64,000 bases of DNA from assembly GCA_050173015.1 (NCBI GenBank), contig JBFXLE010000006.1:32001-96000 (forward strand). Reading direction: 5' to 3'. Positions 38,516 through 49,011 of this stretch are shown here, piece by piece. The DNA is from Calditrichaceae bacterium (GTDB taxonomy: Bacteria; Calditrichota; Calditrichia; Calditrichales; JBFXGD01). Positions within the stretch are counted from its first letter, which is position 1; each line of letters begins with the position of its first letter. The notes beneath the pieces are model-generated. The model saw only the letters and a program-made list of their open reading frames with translations. It was not told the DNA's origin and ran no database searches. The translations under genes and the position numbers were made by a program.

Positions 38516-41017
38516 ATGTTTTTAGACATGTTTAAACACAAAGGTAAATTTACCAAACTCTCAGGGAAGGATAATTTGAAAAGTTATCAAAATCTTTACC
38601 TGATGCTTAAGAAAAAGCAGACAAGCGGTGAATTGCCTGTTCATCCCGAAAATAACTATCTGGGGGATAACGATTTAGCAAAAAACATTTATGAAAAAAA
38701 ATATTATGTAAAAGACCTAGAGAATCGTCTTATGGAAAAAAATCCTGAAGACGTCTTTACCCGTGTAGCATCGTTTATCGCGTCTGTGGAACCTGATGCG
38801 GAACGAGGGGAAAAATGGGCGATTGAATTTTATAAATACCTGTATGACGGGAAATTTGTCCCCGGCGGAAGAGTCCTTGCCGGAGCGGGCGATTTGTATC
38901 GCTTAAAAACCCTCGCGAACTGTTTTGTAACCCTCATAGAAAAAGACAACATTGAATCCATCTACAATGCCGGTTACGAATGCGCGCGTACATATTCTTA
39001 TGGTGGCGGTATCGGAGTGGATATCTCGCCTTTGCGTCCAAAAAACTCGGTGGTCCATAACGCTGCCGACAGCTCGACGGGAGCGGTGTCTTTCATGGAG
39101 TTATATTCGCTCACAACCGGTTTGATCGGACAGAGCGGTCGCCGCGGAGCGCTAATGCTGACGATAGATGTAAAGCATCCGGATATCAAAGAATTCATCC
39201 GGGTCAAAAAAATTCCAAACTGGGTGACTGAACAGATTATCGAACAAATACGCTGGAGCGGAAAGTTTGATGATCTGCAACTTAAAGATATAGAACGACA
39301 GGTCATGGAAAATACCCAGGTAAGGTTCGCGAATATCAGTATTAAGGTTTCTGATGAATTTATGCAGGCTGTGGATGAGCAGAACCGCTATGGAAGGAAT
39401 AAAATTCTTGTTTACAAAAAATTTGATAAAACAATCCTGAATAAAGCTTACCAGGATGAGAACTATCACTATTCATATCAGATTCCGGCAAAGGACATCG
39501 AAAAATATGAACTGTTTCATGTCCTCGAAAATATAAGTTCACTCAATGATTATCTTTATAAGAACTATGAGCTGATGCTGACGGAAAAAGATCTGCAGGA
39601 TGCCTTTAAAAGAGATGTTTACGGCGATCTTGTTCTTCCATTGGAAAACGAGCCTTATGATCTGGCGGTCCGTTATAGCGGTGATTTTATGTTGTATTTC
39701 GGATCAGAACCCACCGGTGATATCAGACATCTGATCAAAGCAAGGGATGTTTGGGATTCGTTTGTTGAAGGTAATTACAAAACAGCGGAACCCGGATTGA
39801 TTTTCTGGAGCCGAATGAGTAAGTATTCGCCTTCAAACTATGTTGGCAGACCTATATCGAGCACAAATCCATGCGCGGAAGTGCCGCTTGAAAACGGCGG
39901 AGCCTGTAATCTGGCTTCAATTAATCTGTCACGATTTGTCATAAACGGTTTTCGGCCGGATGCTGCCCTGGACTGGGACGCGCTAAAAGATGTAACCAGC
40001 ACGGTTGTGCGCTTTCTGGATAATGTGGTGAGCTGGAATGAAGTCCTTAATCCACTTGAAAAGCAAAGGAAAGCGGCTGCCGAAACCCGCCGTTTGGGGT
40101 TGGGGATCATGGGGGCGGCGGACATGCTTAATCAGCTTGGAATCGCTTATGATTCTCAGGAAGGGATTGATCTGGTGGAGAAAGTGATGCAGGCGATTGC
40201 CAATGACGCCTATCAGGCATCAGCGGGTCTGGCGGAGGAAAAAGGCCCATCAAGCATCTTCAAATTTGAAGATTATTCCAGGGGGCCCTTCTTCAAAGAA
40301 ACGCTTTCACCCGAGACGCAAGCAGTAATTAAGGAGAAGGGTTTGCGTAATATCGCTCTCCTGGCAATAGCTCCCACGGGTTCGATCAGTAATATCGTTC
40401 TTGGATTTAATAATGGAAATACTAATTATCTGGGAGTAAGTAGTGGCGTCGAGCCGATTTTTGCATTATTTTATACACGCAGATCGGAATCATTCGGGAA
40501 TAAATTTTTTAAAGTATTTCACTCGACCGTACAGGCATATATAGATATACATAATGTCACCGATAAAGTAGCGAAGGCGCAGACAGAAGCTGAACTTACC
40601 GAATATCTGCCAAGTTACTTTTTCAGAACAGCTCATCATATTGTGGCCCAGAAAAGAGTTGATATTCAGGGACGTTGTCAAAAATATGTTGATCATAGTA
40701 TATCTTCTACCGTAAATTTATCGGAATCCATTGAGCCGGAAGTCATTTCGGATATATATCTGAGCGCCTGGAAAAAAGGATTGAAGGGGATTACGATTTA
40801 TCGCGACGGAAGCCGTTATCCCATACTGAGCGTAGAATCAGAGAAAACGGAATTTCAGAAATTAAAGGATAAAACGTTCCGGCTGAAAATAGACGAGGAG
40901 TCAGAAGAAGTTACCCTGAAGGGTGACGATATTCTTGTGATGCCAAATGGAAAATTGACAACGGTCTATCATTATGTCAAAAATAATAAAAACAAACAAT
41001 CACTGGTTGACGCCTAA
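38516..41017 (+). CDS. nrdJ: Adenosylcobalamin-dependent (class II) ribonucleotide reductase, large part
   Basis: PGGRVL, LANCFV, GGGIG, RRGALM, HPDI, TNPCAE...GACNL, IAPTGS, HSISSTVN, KGITIYRDGSR. Confidence 0.92.
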   Translation: MFLDMFKHKGKFTKLSGKDNLKSYQNLYLMLKKKQTSGELPVHPENNYLGDNDLAKNIYEKKYYVKDLENRLMEKNPEDVFTRVASFIASVEPDAERGEKWAIEFYKYLYDGKFVPGGRVLAGAGDLYRLKTLANCFVTLIEKDNIESIYNAGYECARTYSYGGGIGVDISPLRPKNSVVHNAADSSTGAVSFMELYSLTTGLIGQSGRRGALMLTIDVKHPDIKEFIRVKKIPNWVTEQIIEQIRWSGKFDDLQLKDIERQVMENTQVRFANISIKVSDEFMQAVDEQNRYGRNKILVYKKFDKTILNKAYQDENYHYSYQIPAKDIEKYELFHVLENISSLNDYLYKNYELMLTEKDLQDAFKRDVYGDLVLPLENEPYDLAVRYSGDFMLYFGSEPTGDIRHLIKARDVWDSFVEGNYKTAEPGLIFWSRMSKYSPSNYVGRPISSTNPCAEVPLENGGACNLASINLSRFVINGFRPDAALDWDALKDVTSTVVRFLDNVVSWNEVLNPLEKQRKAAAETRRLGLGIMGAADMLNQLGIAYDSQEGIDLVEKVMQAIANDAYQASAGLAEEKGPSSIFKFEDYSRGPFFKETLSPETQAVIKEKGLRNIALLAIAPTGSISNIVLGFNNGNTNYLGVSSGVEPIFALFYTRRSESFGNKFFKVFHSTVQAYIDIHNVTDKVAKAQTEAELTEYLPSYFFRTAHHIVAQKRVDIQGRCQKYVDHSISSTVNLSESIEPEVISDIYLSAWKKGLKGITIYRDGSRYPILSVESEKTEFQKLKDKTFRLKIDEESEEVTLKGDDILVMPNGKLTTVYHYVKNNKNKQSLVDA

Positions 41018-41038
41018 GATCAGGAGAATTGAAGCATC

Positions 41039-41647
41039 ATGATTAAAATCAAGGATCCGAAGTTTGAGATTAAAGAAGTAAAACACGAAGAAGCGCTCGA
41101 CCATGCGGTTGAACATATTGCCGAAAGGCCTGATATTGTTGAAGCCAAGGTTTATAAACTTCGAAGCGGCTTTGTAAAACAGGGTGTTTACATCACACTC
41201 GGTTATATTACTCAGAATGGACGTAAACGGCCCATCGAAATTTTTATAAACAGCAAGGATTTGACTAAGAACGCTGAATATGCTGTTTTAACGCGTCTGA
41301 TCTCCGCCATTTTCCGAAAATCAGCCAATCCTGTTTTTATATTGGAAGAGCTCAGCAGCATCCATGATCCCAACGGCGGGTACTATAAGAATGGTAAATA
41401 CATTCATTCCTTCTATTCTGAAATCGCGGATGTCATAGAACAGTTTTTCAAAGAAATCGATTGCATGGACACTGAAGCAAAAGTAGCATTGGATCCAAAG
41501 GTCGAAGAAGTACTTGCTTCGGCCCGGCCTCCCGCGAATACGGATTTTCAAATCTGTCCGGACTGCAGCCAGAGAAGCGTTAAGATGGAAAACGGGTGTT
41601 TAACATGTGTAAATCCTGAATGCGCATACAGTAAGTGTGACAAGTAA
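41039..41647 (+). CDS. NrdJb-like TSCPD-domain protein with C-terminal Cys cluster
   Basis: YITL...PIEIFINSK...LTRLISAIFR; CPDC...ENGCLTCVNPECAYSKC; own AGGAG RBS. Confidence 0.85.
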   Translation: MIKIKDPKFEIKEVKHEEALDHAVEHIAERPDIVEAKVYKLRSGFVKQGVYITLGYITQNGRKRPIEIFINSKDLTKNAEYAVLTRLISAIFRKSANPVFILEELSSIHDPNGGYYKNGKYIHSFYSEIADVIEQFFKEIDCMDTEAKVALDPKVEEVLASARPPANTDFQICPDCSQRSVKMENGCLTCVNPECAYSKCDK

Positions 41648-41670
41648 ATTTTTTTGATTGCCCAGTTTAT

Positions 41671-41708
41671 AAGCCCTGTTTGATTTCGTCAACAGGGCTT
41701 TTATTTTT
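41671..41708 (+). terminator. Rho-independent terminator after nrdJb
   Basis: AAGCCCTGTT...AACAGGGCTT plus TTATTTTT. Confidence 0.85.
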
Positions 41709-41728
41709 ATAAAAAAGCGGTCCGGAAC

Positions 41729-42514
41729 ATGGAAAAAATTATTAGTCTCGAAAATATAGGATTTTCATTTAACGGGAAACCGGTGGTTAAGGAGGCGAAT
41801 TTTTCCATCGCTTACGGAGAATTTGTCGGAATTATCGGCCCGAACGGGGCCGGAAAAACGACGCTGTTAAAGCTGATGGCCGGATTGCTCGCGCCCGATG
41901 AAGGACGGATTGAACTTGCAGGGAAAAATATCAGTGAGTTCAGCCGGAAAAAAATCGCGGGAATCTTAGGATATGTGCCGCAATCGGTTGATCTTGCCTT
42001 TTCATTTTCGGTGCGGGAAGTCGTTATGATGGGACGTTTTCCGCATCAGCATGGTCTGCTGCATATCGATACAGACGCCGGTGATAAAATTAATTCAGCC
42101 ATGAGCTGGATGAACCTGCAGATGCTCGCGGATCGACCGTTTACAAATCTGAGCGGCGGGGAGAAACAGCGCGCCATCATAGCAAGTGTTTTGGCTCAGG
42201 AAGCGGAGTTGCTTTTGCTGGATGAACCTACATCCGCCCTCGATCTGAAACATCAGCAGGGAATTTACCGGATCTTAAAAAGATTAGGTGAAGAAGATCA
42301 TAAAGCAATCGTGCTTGTCACTCATGATATAAATCTGGCAGCCCAGTTTTGTGATCGCTTAATTCTTATGCATAACGGATGTATTCTAAAAGACGGCAAG
42401 CCCGAGGATGTCCTAAAGTTTCCAATTATACAGGATGTTTACGGAGTCAAGGTGTATATTGATATCAATCCATTCACAAATTCAATATATATCCTGCCGT
42501 ATGAAACTATATGA
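41729..42514 (+). CDS. btuD: ABC ATPase, FecE/BtuD family
   Basis: GPNGAGKT, LSGGEKQR, LLLDEPT, HDINLAAQFCD; substrate inferred from context. Confidence 0.75.
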   Translation: MEKIISLENIGFSFNGKPVVKEANFSIAYGEFVGIIGPNGAGKTTLLKLMAGLLAPDEGRIELAGKNISEFSRKKIAGILGYVPQSVDLAFSFSVREVVMMGRFPHQHGLLHIDTDAGDKINSAMSWMNLQMLADRPFTNLSGGEKQRAIIASVLAQEAELLLLDEPTSALDLKHQQGIYRILKRLGEEDHKAIVLVTHDINLAAQFCDRLILMHNGCILKDGKPEDVLKFPIIQDVYGVKVYIDINPFTNSIYILPYETI

Positions 42515-42659
42515 TATAAAATGAATTATAAGATTGAATACATAATTTGAAGCGGCCCGATTGTTTTAATATATTAGCCAACATTAGCCGGTAATATCCG
42601 TTATTAGTATTTGTGTATCTTAAACGGAAATATTACATCAGAGGAAAGAGAGACAGTTC

Positions 42660-43238
42660 GTGGATGAATCATTACTTGTTGAACAAGCGAAAAGTGGAGA
42701 TAAAGCCGCGTTATCGCAGTTAGTTCATCTGTATAGTGAACGTATATATAATCTTTCGTTGCGTATATTGCGCAAACGCGAAGATGCCGAAGATGTATTG
42801 CAGGAGACATTTTTAACGGTAATTGAAAAGCTGCATACATTTGATGGCCGGTCAAGCTTTTTTACCTGGATTTACAGGATTGCCACAAATGCCAGTCTAA
42901 TGAGATTGAGAAAAAAGAAGGTGGTTTTTCAGGAGCTAAATGAGAACCCGGAATACAACGAGAGCGTCGAAAGCCGATTATTTATTGACTGGTCACAGGA
43001 TCCGTCAATTAATATTTATGATGCCGAGGTTAAATCTAAGCTTGATGAAGCGATTAACAAGCTTTCGGATATTTACAGAAGCGTGTTTATATTAAGGGAT
43101 ATTGAAGGTCTTTCTATTAAAGAAACCAGCGCCATTCTCAGTATCACGGAAGAAAATGTAAAAATCAGGCTGCGGCGCGCGCGGCAATTTTTAAGAGATT
43201 CATTGTCGGATTATTTCGAGGAAAGGGTAATTAAATAA
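42660..43238 (+). CDS. ECF RNA polymerase sigma factor
   Basis: DAEDVLQETF, FFTWIYRIATN, LRDIEGLS...VKIRLRRAR. Confidence 0.93.
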   Translation: MDESLLVEQAKSGDKAALSQLVHLYSERIYNLSLRILRKREDAEDVLQETFLTVIEKLHTFDGRSSFFTWIYRIATNASLMRLRKKKVVFQELNENPEYNESVESRLFIDWSQDPSINIYDAEVKSKLDEAINKLSDIYRSVFILRDIEGLSIKETSAILSITEENVKIRLRRARQFLRDSLSDYFEERVIK

Positions 43239-43239
43239 G

Positions 43240-43497
43240 ATGTTACATGAACATAGTGAAGAAAAAATAAAACTAATATGCGAATATCTCTCGGAAGATA
43301 TTGACGCGCTGGCATGTCAGGAAATGATGGAACATTTAAAGAATTGCCCGACATGTAAAGTCTACTTTGATACAGTGCGGAAGACTGTAATCTTGTGCAA
43401 GGAAAACGACTGCCCCGAAAAACTTCCTGAAGAGGTGAGTAATCGCTTATTGAAAGTTCTGGACCTGGAAAATATTAAGTGGAAGCCGGCCAAGTGA
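43240..43497 (+). CDS. Soluble zinc-binding anti-sigma factor (zf-HC2/ZAS)
   Basis: HLKNCPTC (HxxxCxxC); no TM; directly after the ECF sigma. Confidence 0.88.
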   Translation: MLHEHSEEKIKLICEYLSEDIDALACQEMMEHLKNCPTCKVYFDTVRKTVILCKENDCPEKLPEEVSNRLLKVLDLENIKWKPAK

Positions 43498-43686
43498 TTT
43501 CGGGCTTAATCCCAATTTAACATCATCTCCTGCACGGTATATTTAAAAGTTTTAACACCCGTAAATGTTGTGTTCTTCGGATTTTCCCGCCTGTATTGTA
43601 GCAACAACCCTTAATGTATCCTTTTAATTAATAACGCATCAAATTCAACAAATTAAAAAAATATAAAACTTTGCAGAGGGTAAAAA

Positions 43687-44028
43687 ATGAAACCTGTCAC
43701 AGTAACTGATGCCACTTTCCAGAAAGAAGTAATAGAATCAACTTTACCCGTCATTGTTGATTTTTGGGCGCCATGGTGTGCTCCATGCAGAATGATCGCT
43801 CCAATTTTGGAAGAGATAGCTGCTGAATATGAAGGAAAAGTAAAGGTGGTAAAATTGAATACGGATGACAATGCCGGGACAGCCATGAAATTTGGCATCA
43901 TGAGCATTCCAACCATGATCGTTTTTAGGAATGGCGAAGCCCTGGATAAAATTATCGGTGCTGTGCCCAAAAAGCAAATAACTGATAAATTGAATTACTA
44001 TCTACAGGGTGCTTCCGTTCTGAATTAG
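43687..44028 (+). CDS. trxA: Thioredoxin
   Basis: DFWAPWCAPC, SIPT. Confidence 0.95.
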   Translation: MKPVTVTDATFQKEVIESTLPVIVDFWAPWCAPCRMIAPILEEIAAEYEGKVKVVKLNTDDNAGTAMKFGIMSIPTMIVFRNGEALDKIIGAVPKKQITDKLNYYLQGASVLN

Positions 44029-44042
44029 AAAGGAGATACAAA

Positions 44043-44690
44043 ATGAGTTTTTTACAGGAAAAAGATAAGGATTACATTCGTAATCTCTTTTCAGGGATGA
44101 AAAATGAAGTTAAGCTGCTCTTCTTTACACAGGAAATCGAATGTCAGTACTGTAGGGAAACAAGACAGATTCTTGAGGAAGTCAGTGAATTGGGTGATAA
44201 GGTAACCCTTTCGGTGTATAATTTTGTCACTGACAAGGAAGTCGCGGAGAAATACAATATTGATAAAATTCCCGCCACCGTTGTTGAGGGCGAACGGGAC
44301 TTTGGAATCAGGTATTACGGGATTCCTTCCGGGTATGAATTTTCTTCATTGCTGGAAGATATTACAGATGTCTCAAAGGGTGAGTCCGGATTGTCTGCTC
44401 AGGCAAAGGAGCTGCTGAAACAGGTTACCGCTCCGCTTCATCTGCAGGTGTTTGTAACACCGACTTGTCCATATTGCCCGGCTGCTGTTCGAATGGCGCA
44501 TAAAATGGCCATGGAAAATGAATTTATCACCGGTGATATGATTGAGGCGACAGAGTTTCCGCATCTTTCTATGAAATATAATGTACGAGGGGTGCCGAGA
44601 ACAATAATTGGAGAAGATACTCCGATAGAGGGAGCGTTGCCCGAGATGGCATTTGTGGAAAAAGTAGTTAATACCTTCAAAAACGCCTAA
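44043..44690 (+). CDS. Protein disulfide oxidoreductase (AhpF N-terminal-like, two thioredoxin folds)
   Basis: CQYC and CPYC; GIPSGYEF; VRGVP. Confidence 0.9.
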   Translation: MSFLQEKDKDYIRNLFSGMKNEVKLLFFTQEIECQYCRETRQILEEVSELGDKVTLSVYNFVTDKEVAEKYNIDKIPATVVEGERDFGIRYYGIPSGYEFSSLLEDITDVSKGESGLSAQAKELLKQVTAPLHLQVFVTPTCPYCPAAVRMAHKMAMENEFITGDMIEATEFPHLSMKYNVRGVPRTIIGEDTPIEGALPEMAFVEKVVNTFKNA

Positions 44691-44705
44691 CAAAAAGGAT
44701 CAATT

Positions 44706-45263
44706 ATGGCGAATCAAACCAGTAAAAATATTTGGCTTCTATTAATCGGCGCGGCGGCAGTATTAATTGTCCTCGGCTATATGTTCCTGCCGGATCAGAA
44801 TGTGAATCCGACATCTGCAAAAGCGTCAGTTCAGGTGAAAAATGAAAGTAATCACCCGGTCGCGCCCGTGTTTACTTTAAAAGATCTGAACGGCAATGAT
44901 TTGACGTTGAGTGATTACCGCGGTAAAGTTGTATTCGTAAATTTTTGGGCAACCTGGTGTCCTCCCTGTCGAGCTGAAATACCTTCATTCATTGAGCTTG
45001 TTGATAAATATGGAAAAGATGGGTTTGAAGTGATCGGTATTGGGGTGGATCCACGCGATTTTTCGAAAGTACCCGGATTTGTGGAACAGTATAATATCAA
45101 TTATCCGGTGGTGTACGCCACCGGTGAAGTCGTTACCGCCTATGGTGGAATTGAAAGCATCCCGACCACATTTGTTGTTGACAGAAACGGGCGGGTGGTG
45201 GAAAAAATAGTTGGATCCCGATCTAAGAGTACCTTCGAGAGTATTGTGACCGGTCTGTTGTAA
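44706..45263 (+). CDS. TlpA/ResA-family membrane-anchored thiol-disulfide reductase
   Basis: N-terminal TM, NFWATWCPPC, IPTT. Confidence 0.9.
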   Translation: MANQTSKNIWLLLIGAAAVLIVLGYMFLPDQNVNPTSAKASVQVKNESNHPVAPVFTLKDLNGNDLTLSDYRGKVVFVNFWATWCPPCRAEIPSFIELVDKYGKDGFEVIGIGVDPRDFSKVPGFVEQYNINYPVVYATGEVVTAYGGIESIPTTFVVDRNGRVVEKIVGSRSKSTFESIVTGLL

Positions 45264-45281
45264 CAATTATTTCGGAAAAAT

Positions 45282-45319
45282 AAACAAAAGGCGCGCTTTA
45301 AACGCGCCTTTTCTGTTTT
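45282..45319. terminator. Bidirectional intrinsic terminator
   Basis: AAAAGGCGCG...CGCGCCTTTT between convergent operons. Confidence 0.88.
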
Positions 45320-45325
45320 GTGATC

Positions 45326-46453
45326 TTACTTCACCAGAATGGACCACAGGATGCCGGCTCCGATAGCTGAACCGATCACCCCGGCCACATTTGGAGCCAT
45401 GGCGTGCATGAGCAGATAATTTCCGGGATCTTCTTTTTGTCCTTCAGTATGGACAACCCTCGCGGAATCGGGAACCGCGGAAACCCCGGCAGCTCCGATC
45501 ATCGGATTTATTTTATCTTTCAGAAATAGATTCATGAATTTTGCGAATAAAACGCCTCCCGCAGTCGCAATCACAAACGAAAATGCGCCAAGCACAAAAA
45601 TTCCCAGTGATTTAGGGGTTAAAAATATATCCGCCTGTGTGGATGCTCCCACGGTCAAGCCCAGAAGTATAGTAACGATATCGATTAGAGCGTTCCTCGC
45701 TGAATTTGCCAGCCTCTCCGTTACACCGCTCTCTTTCAGCAAGTTGCCAAAAAACAGCATACCGAGAAGAGTACTTGATCCGGGGGCAATCATTCCGCAG
45801 ATGATAAAACCGATTACCGGAAAGATGATCTTTACTTTTTTTGACACCTGTCGGGGCGGCTTCATGCGGATAAGACGTTCACTTTTTGTGGTAAGCAGTT
45901 TTATAATAGGCGGTTGAATGACGGGTACAAGGGCCATGTATGAATAGGCCGCGATCGCGATGGCGCCGATAAGATGAGGCGCCAGTTTCGAAGATAAAAA
46001 TATTGCCGTCGGACCATCAGCTCCGCCGATAATTCCAATGGCTCCGGCCTCCGTCGGCGAAAATCCGAGCGCGAGCGCGCCGATCAATGTCAGGAAAATT
46101 CCGATTTGAGCAGCAGCTCCCAGCAGTATAAGTTTTGGATTTGACAACATGGTAGAAAAATCAGTCATCGCTCCGATGCCGAGAAAGATGAGAGGCGGAT
46201 ATATCCCTTTAAGCACACCGTAGTAGAGGTAGCTCAAAACGCTGCCTTCTTCATAAATACTGATCTGCATCCCAAACAAGGCGGGAATATTGCCAAAAAT
46301 GATGCCAAAACCGATGGGAACAAGGAGCAAAGGTTCATAATGCTTTGCAATACCCAGGTAAATAAAAAGACTTCCAATACATAACATTACCGTATGACCG
46401 AATGTCAGATTGACAAATCCGGTGGTATTGATAAAGTTGAGAATTTCTGTCAT
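45326..46453 (-). CDS. mmdB: Na+-translocating decarboxylase beta subunit
   Basis: EPLLLVPIGFG, GIIGGADGPTAIF, AAYSYMALVP, GVSAVP. Confidence 0.9.
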   Translation of the reverse strand: MTEILNFINTTGFVNLTFGHTVMLCIGSLFIYLGIAKHYEPLLLVPIGFGIIFGNIPALFGMQISIYEEGSVLSYLYYGVLKGIYPPLIFLGIGAMTDFSTMLSNPKLILLGAAAQIGIFLTLIGALALGFSPTEAGAIGIIGGADGPTAIFLSSKLAPHLIGAIAIAAYSYMALVPVIQPPIIKLLTTKSERLIRMKPPRQVSKKVKIIFPVIGFIICGMIAPGSSTLLGMLFFGNLLKESGVTERLANSARNALIDIVTILLGLTVGASTQADIFLTPKSLGIFVLGAFSFVIATAGGVLFAKFMNLFLKDKINPMIGAAGVSAVPDSARVVHTEGQKEDPGNYLLMHAMAPNVAGVIGSAIGAGILWSILVK

Positions 46454-46929
46454 CCGGCCTCTCCCAATATGACCAGTTCCGCGCCTTCAAGAACGGAATC
46501 CGATTCCTTAACAAGGATTTTTTTTACAAAACCGGAACTGGTTGCTTTTATTTCATTTTCCATTTTCATCGCTTCCATCTTGATGACAATCTGGCCGGCT
46601 TCAATTTTTTGACCTTCCTCCGCCAGAATTTTCAGGATGGTCCCCGGAATGGGGGCGACAATCGATATTACCCCTTTCGCGCCCGCGTGTGATTTAGAAG
46701 CCTGTGCCGGAGAAGATATATGCATGCTAGGCGGCTCAATGTAAGGAGACGCGGCCGCGCTTTTCTTTATGGGATTTATCATCAGCGGTGGCGTGGAGAT
46801 TGATGAAATCGCATCAATTTGAACATCATACCGGTTGCCGTTTACCACAACATCCGCCCGTTCTTCAGTAATGTTTTTGATGGATACTTTATAGGGATTA
46901 CCATTTATTGTAAATTCATAACTACGCAT
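46450..46929 (-). CDS. mmdC: Biotin carboxyl carrier subunit
   Basis: EAMKM biotinylation motif; Pro/Ala linker. Confidence 0.88.
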   Translation of the reverse strand: MRSYEFTINGNPYKVSIKNITEERADVVVNGNRYDVQIDAISSISTPPLMINPIKKSAAASPYIEPPSMHISSPAQASKSHAGAKGVISIVAPIPGTILKILAEEGQKIEAGQIVIKMEAMKMENEIKATSSGFVKKILVKESDSVLEGAELVILGEAG

Positions 46930-47350
46930 TGGTTTGTCCTTTCACGGTAGAAATATTCGATCGCTGTGTCAATGCCTGAACGATACCGGACACACTCCAC
47001 GGTGATTGTTCATACGAATCATCTTCCCATGTCAATCGCTGCTTTTCACCTTCAATATATGAATGGCATAATGAAATGGCGGTTGTAATGGCAATGATAA
47101 CCTCCTCGGGAAGGGGATTGTTTTCTTCATTGCTCAGCGGTGTGATTTCAGATGATTCATTTTCGTCAACACCGATAGTTTTTGAATCTAATTTCGTCAG
47201 TAATTTAATGCTCAGACTTATCAGGAGAAGACCGGAGAAAACGATGGACATTCCGATGACTGATATTAGAAAACCGTTACCTTTCATAATGTTCTGAATC
47301 CATTCGCCCGAGCCGGCGGATAAAAGAACTATTTTTAAACTAAAAGACAT
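46922..47350 (-). CDS. mmdD: OadG/MmdD-family decarboxylase subunit
   Basis: GMSIVFSGL TM, IAITTAI, SPW. Confidence 0.78.
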   Translation of the reverse strand: MSFSLKIVLLSAGSGEWIQNIMKGNGFLISVIGMSIVFSGLLLISLSIKLLTKLDSKTIGVDENESSEITPLSNEENNPLPEEVIIAITTAISLCHSYIEGEKQRLTWEDDSYEQSPWSVSGIVQALTQRSNISTVKGQTNA

Positions 47351-47364
47351 TGTCTTTTCACTCC

Positions 47365-48915
47365 TTATAGAGGGATGTTTCCGTGCTTTTTCATAGGCAT
47401 TGTTTCGCGTTTGTTTTTCAGCATCTCCAATGCCTTGATGATCCTGAAGCGGGTTCGTCTGGGTTCAATGATATCATCAATATACCCCCGGCTGGCCGCG
47501 ACGTAGGGATTGGCAAATTTATCAAAATACTCCTGTTCTTTCTCTTTTAATAGCCCTTCAGGATCGTCTGATTCCGTAATCTCTTTGGCCGACAGGATTT
47601 CGACGGCTCCTTTGGGGCCCATAACAGCAATCTCGGCGCCGGGCCAGGCGTAGTTGATATCACCACGAAGGTGTTTGGAGCTCATGACACAATACGCGCC
47701 CCCATAGGCTTTACGTGTGATCACTGTGATCTTTGGAACGGTAGCTTCGGCGAAAGCGTAGAGAAGTTTTGCGCCGTTTCTGATGATGCCGTTGTACTCC
47801 TGATTGGTACCCGGTAAAAATCCCGGCACGTCCACAAAAGTGATGATTGGGATATTGAAAGCATCACAAAAGCGTACAAACCGCGCTCCTTTTATGGATG
47901 AGTTATTATCAAGAACGCCGGCGAGATAGTTTGGCTGATTGGCAACAATACCAACAGAATGGCCGTTATAGGAGGCGAAACCAATCACCAGATTCGGTGC
48001 AAAGTCTTCTTGCAGTTCCAGGAAGGAATGATCGTCAACGGTGCGGAAAATGACATCCTTGATGTTGTATGGAAGGTTCGGATTTTCAGGAACAATATAA
48101 TTTAATTCGTCCTCAAAGCGATCCACAGAATCGGTTGTAGGGATCGGGTGAGGGTTTTCCATGTTGTTTTGCGGGATGTATTTAATCAGTGTTTTTATAA
48201 ACTGGATCGTATCCTCTTCTGTATCCAGCGCGATGCTTGCCACGCCGCTTTTGGTTGTATGGATCGAAGCGCCGCCCAGCTGTTCAACCGTGACATCCTC
48301 ATTAGTTACCGTTTTTACAACTTTGGGACCGGTAAGAAACATATAGCTGTTATTTTTAACCATGGCGACAAAATCGGTAAGCGCCGGTGAATAAACCGCG
48401 CCTCCCGCGCATGGACCAAAAATCCCTGTGATTTGCGGAACTACACCCGAGGCCATGACATTTCGCAGAAAAATATCAGCGTATCCGGCGAGACTTTCAA
48501 TGCCCTCCTGGATTCGAGCGCCGCCGGAATCGTTTAATCCTATCACCGGAGCGCCGTTTTTCATCGCCAGATCCATAATTTTACAGATTTTTTCCGCGTA
48601 GGTTTCTGATAGTGAACCGCCGAAAACGGTGAAATCCTGTGAGAATACGTATATCAGTCTGCCGTTTACCGTGCCGTACCCGGTGATGACTCCATCGCCG
48701 TCTATTAATTTTTTATGCAGACCAAAATCATGAGAGCGGTGAGTTTTAAACATATCGAACTCTTCAAAGCTTCCGTCGTCAAGAAGTCTATGAATTCTCT
48801 CCCTTGCAGTCATGCGCCCTTTGGCATGCTGTTTTTCTATGGCTTTTAACCCGCCGCCCAATCGCGCGTTGTCACGCCGTTTCTGCAGATAAGCCAGTTT
48901 TTCATCTATAGTCAT
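47365..48915 (-). CDS. mmdA: Acyl-CoA carboxyltransferase (methylmalonyl-CoA decarboxylase alpha)
   Basis: [44 protein letters not shown]; operon with mmdDCB. Confidence 0.85.
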   Translation of the reverse strand: MTIDEKLAYLQKRRDNARLGGGLKAIEKQHAKGRMTARERIHRLLDDGSFEEFDMFKTHRSHDFGLHKKLIDGDGVITGYGTVNGRLIYVFSQDFTVFGGSLSETYAEKICKIMDLAMKNGAPVIGLNDSGGARIQEGIESLAGYADIFLRNVMASGVVPQITGIFGPCAGGAVYSPALTDFVAMVKNNSYMFLTGPKVVKTVTNEDVTVEQLGGASIHTTKSGVASIALDTEEDTIQFIKTLIKYIPQNNMENPHPIPTTDSVDRFEDELNYIVPENPNLPYNIKDVIFRTVDDHSFLELQEDFAPNLVIGFASYNGHSVGIVANQPNYLAGVLDNNSSIKGARFVRFCDAFNIPIITFVDVPGFLPGTNQEYNGIIRNGAKLLYAFAEATVPKITVITRKAYGGAYCVMSSKHLRGDINYAWPGAEIAVMGPKGAVEILSAKEITESDDPEGLLKEKEQEYFDKFANPYVAASRGYIDDIIEPRRTRFRIIKALEMLKNKRETMPMKKHGNIPL

Positions 48916-49011
48916 GTAAATCTCCGCAATAATATAAAATTAAACCAATGAAATATTATGCATTTTTGTGAAATTTAAATACATTAAATATAGCAACTTA
49001 AGTCAATTTAA

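Noticed and set aside
39383..39679. Intein in nrdJ
   Set aside because: No N-terminal C/S block, no terminal HN followed by C/S/T, no LAGLIDADG motif
41017..41039. Frameshift or pseudogene in nrdJ
   Set aside because: Clean stop followed by AGGAG and ATG; split nrdJa/nrdJb genes are well known
43687..45263. Selenocysteine recoding in the redox cluster
   Set aside because: All CxxC motifs use Cys codons; no in-frame TGA
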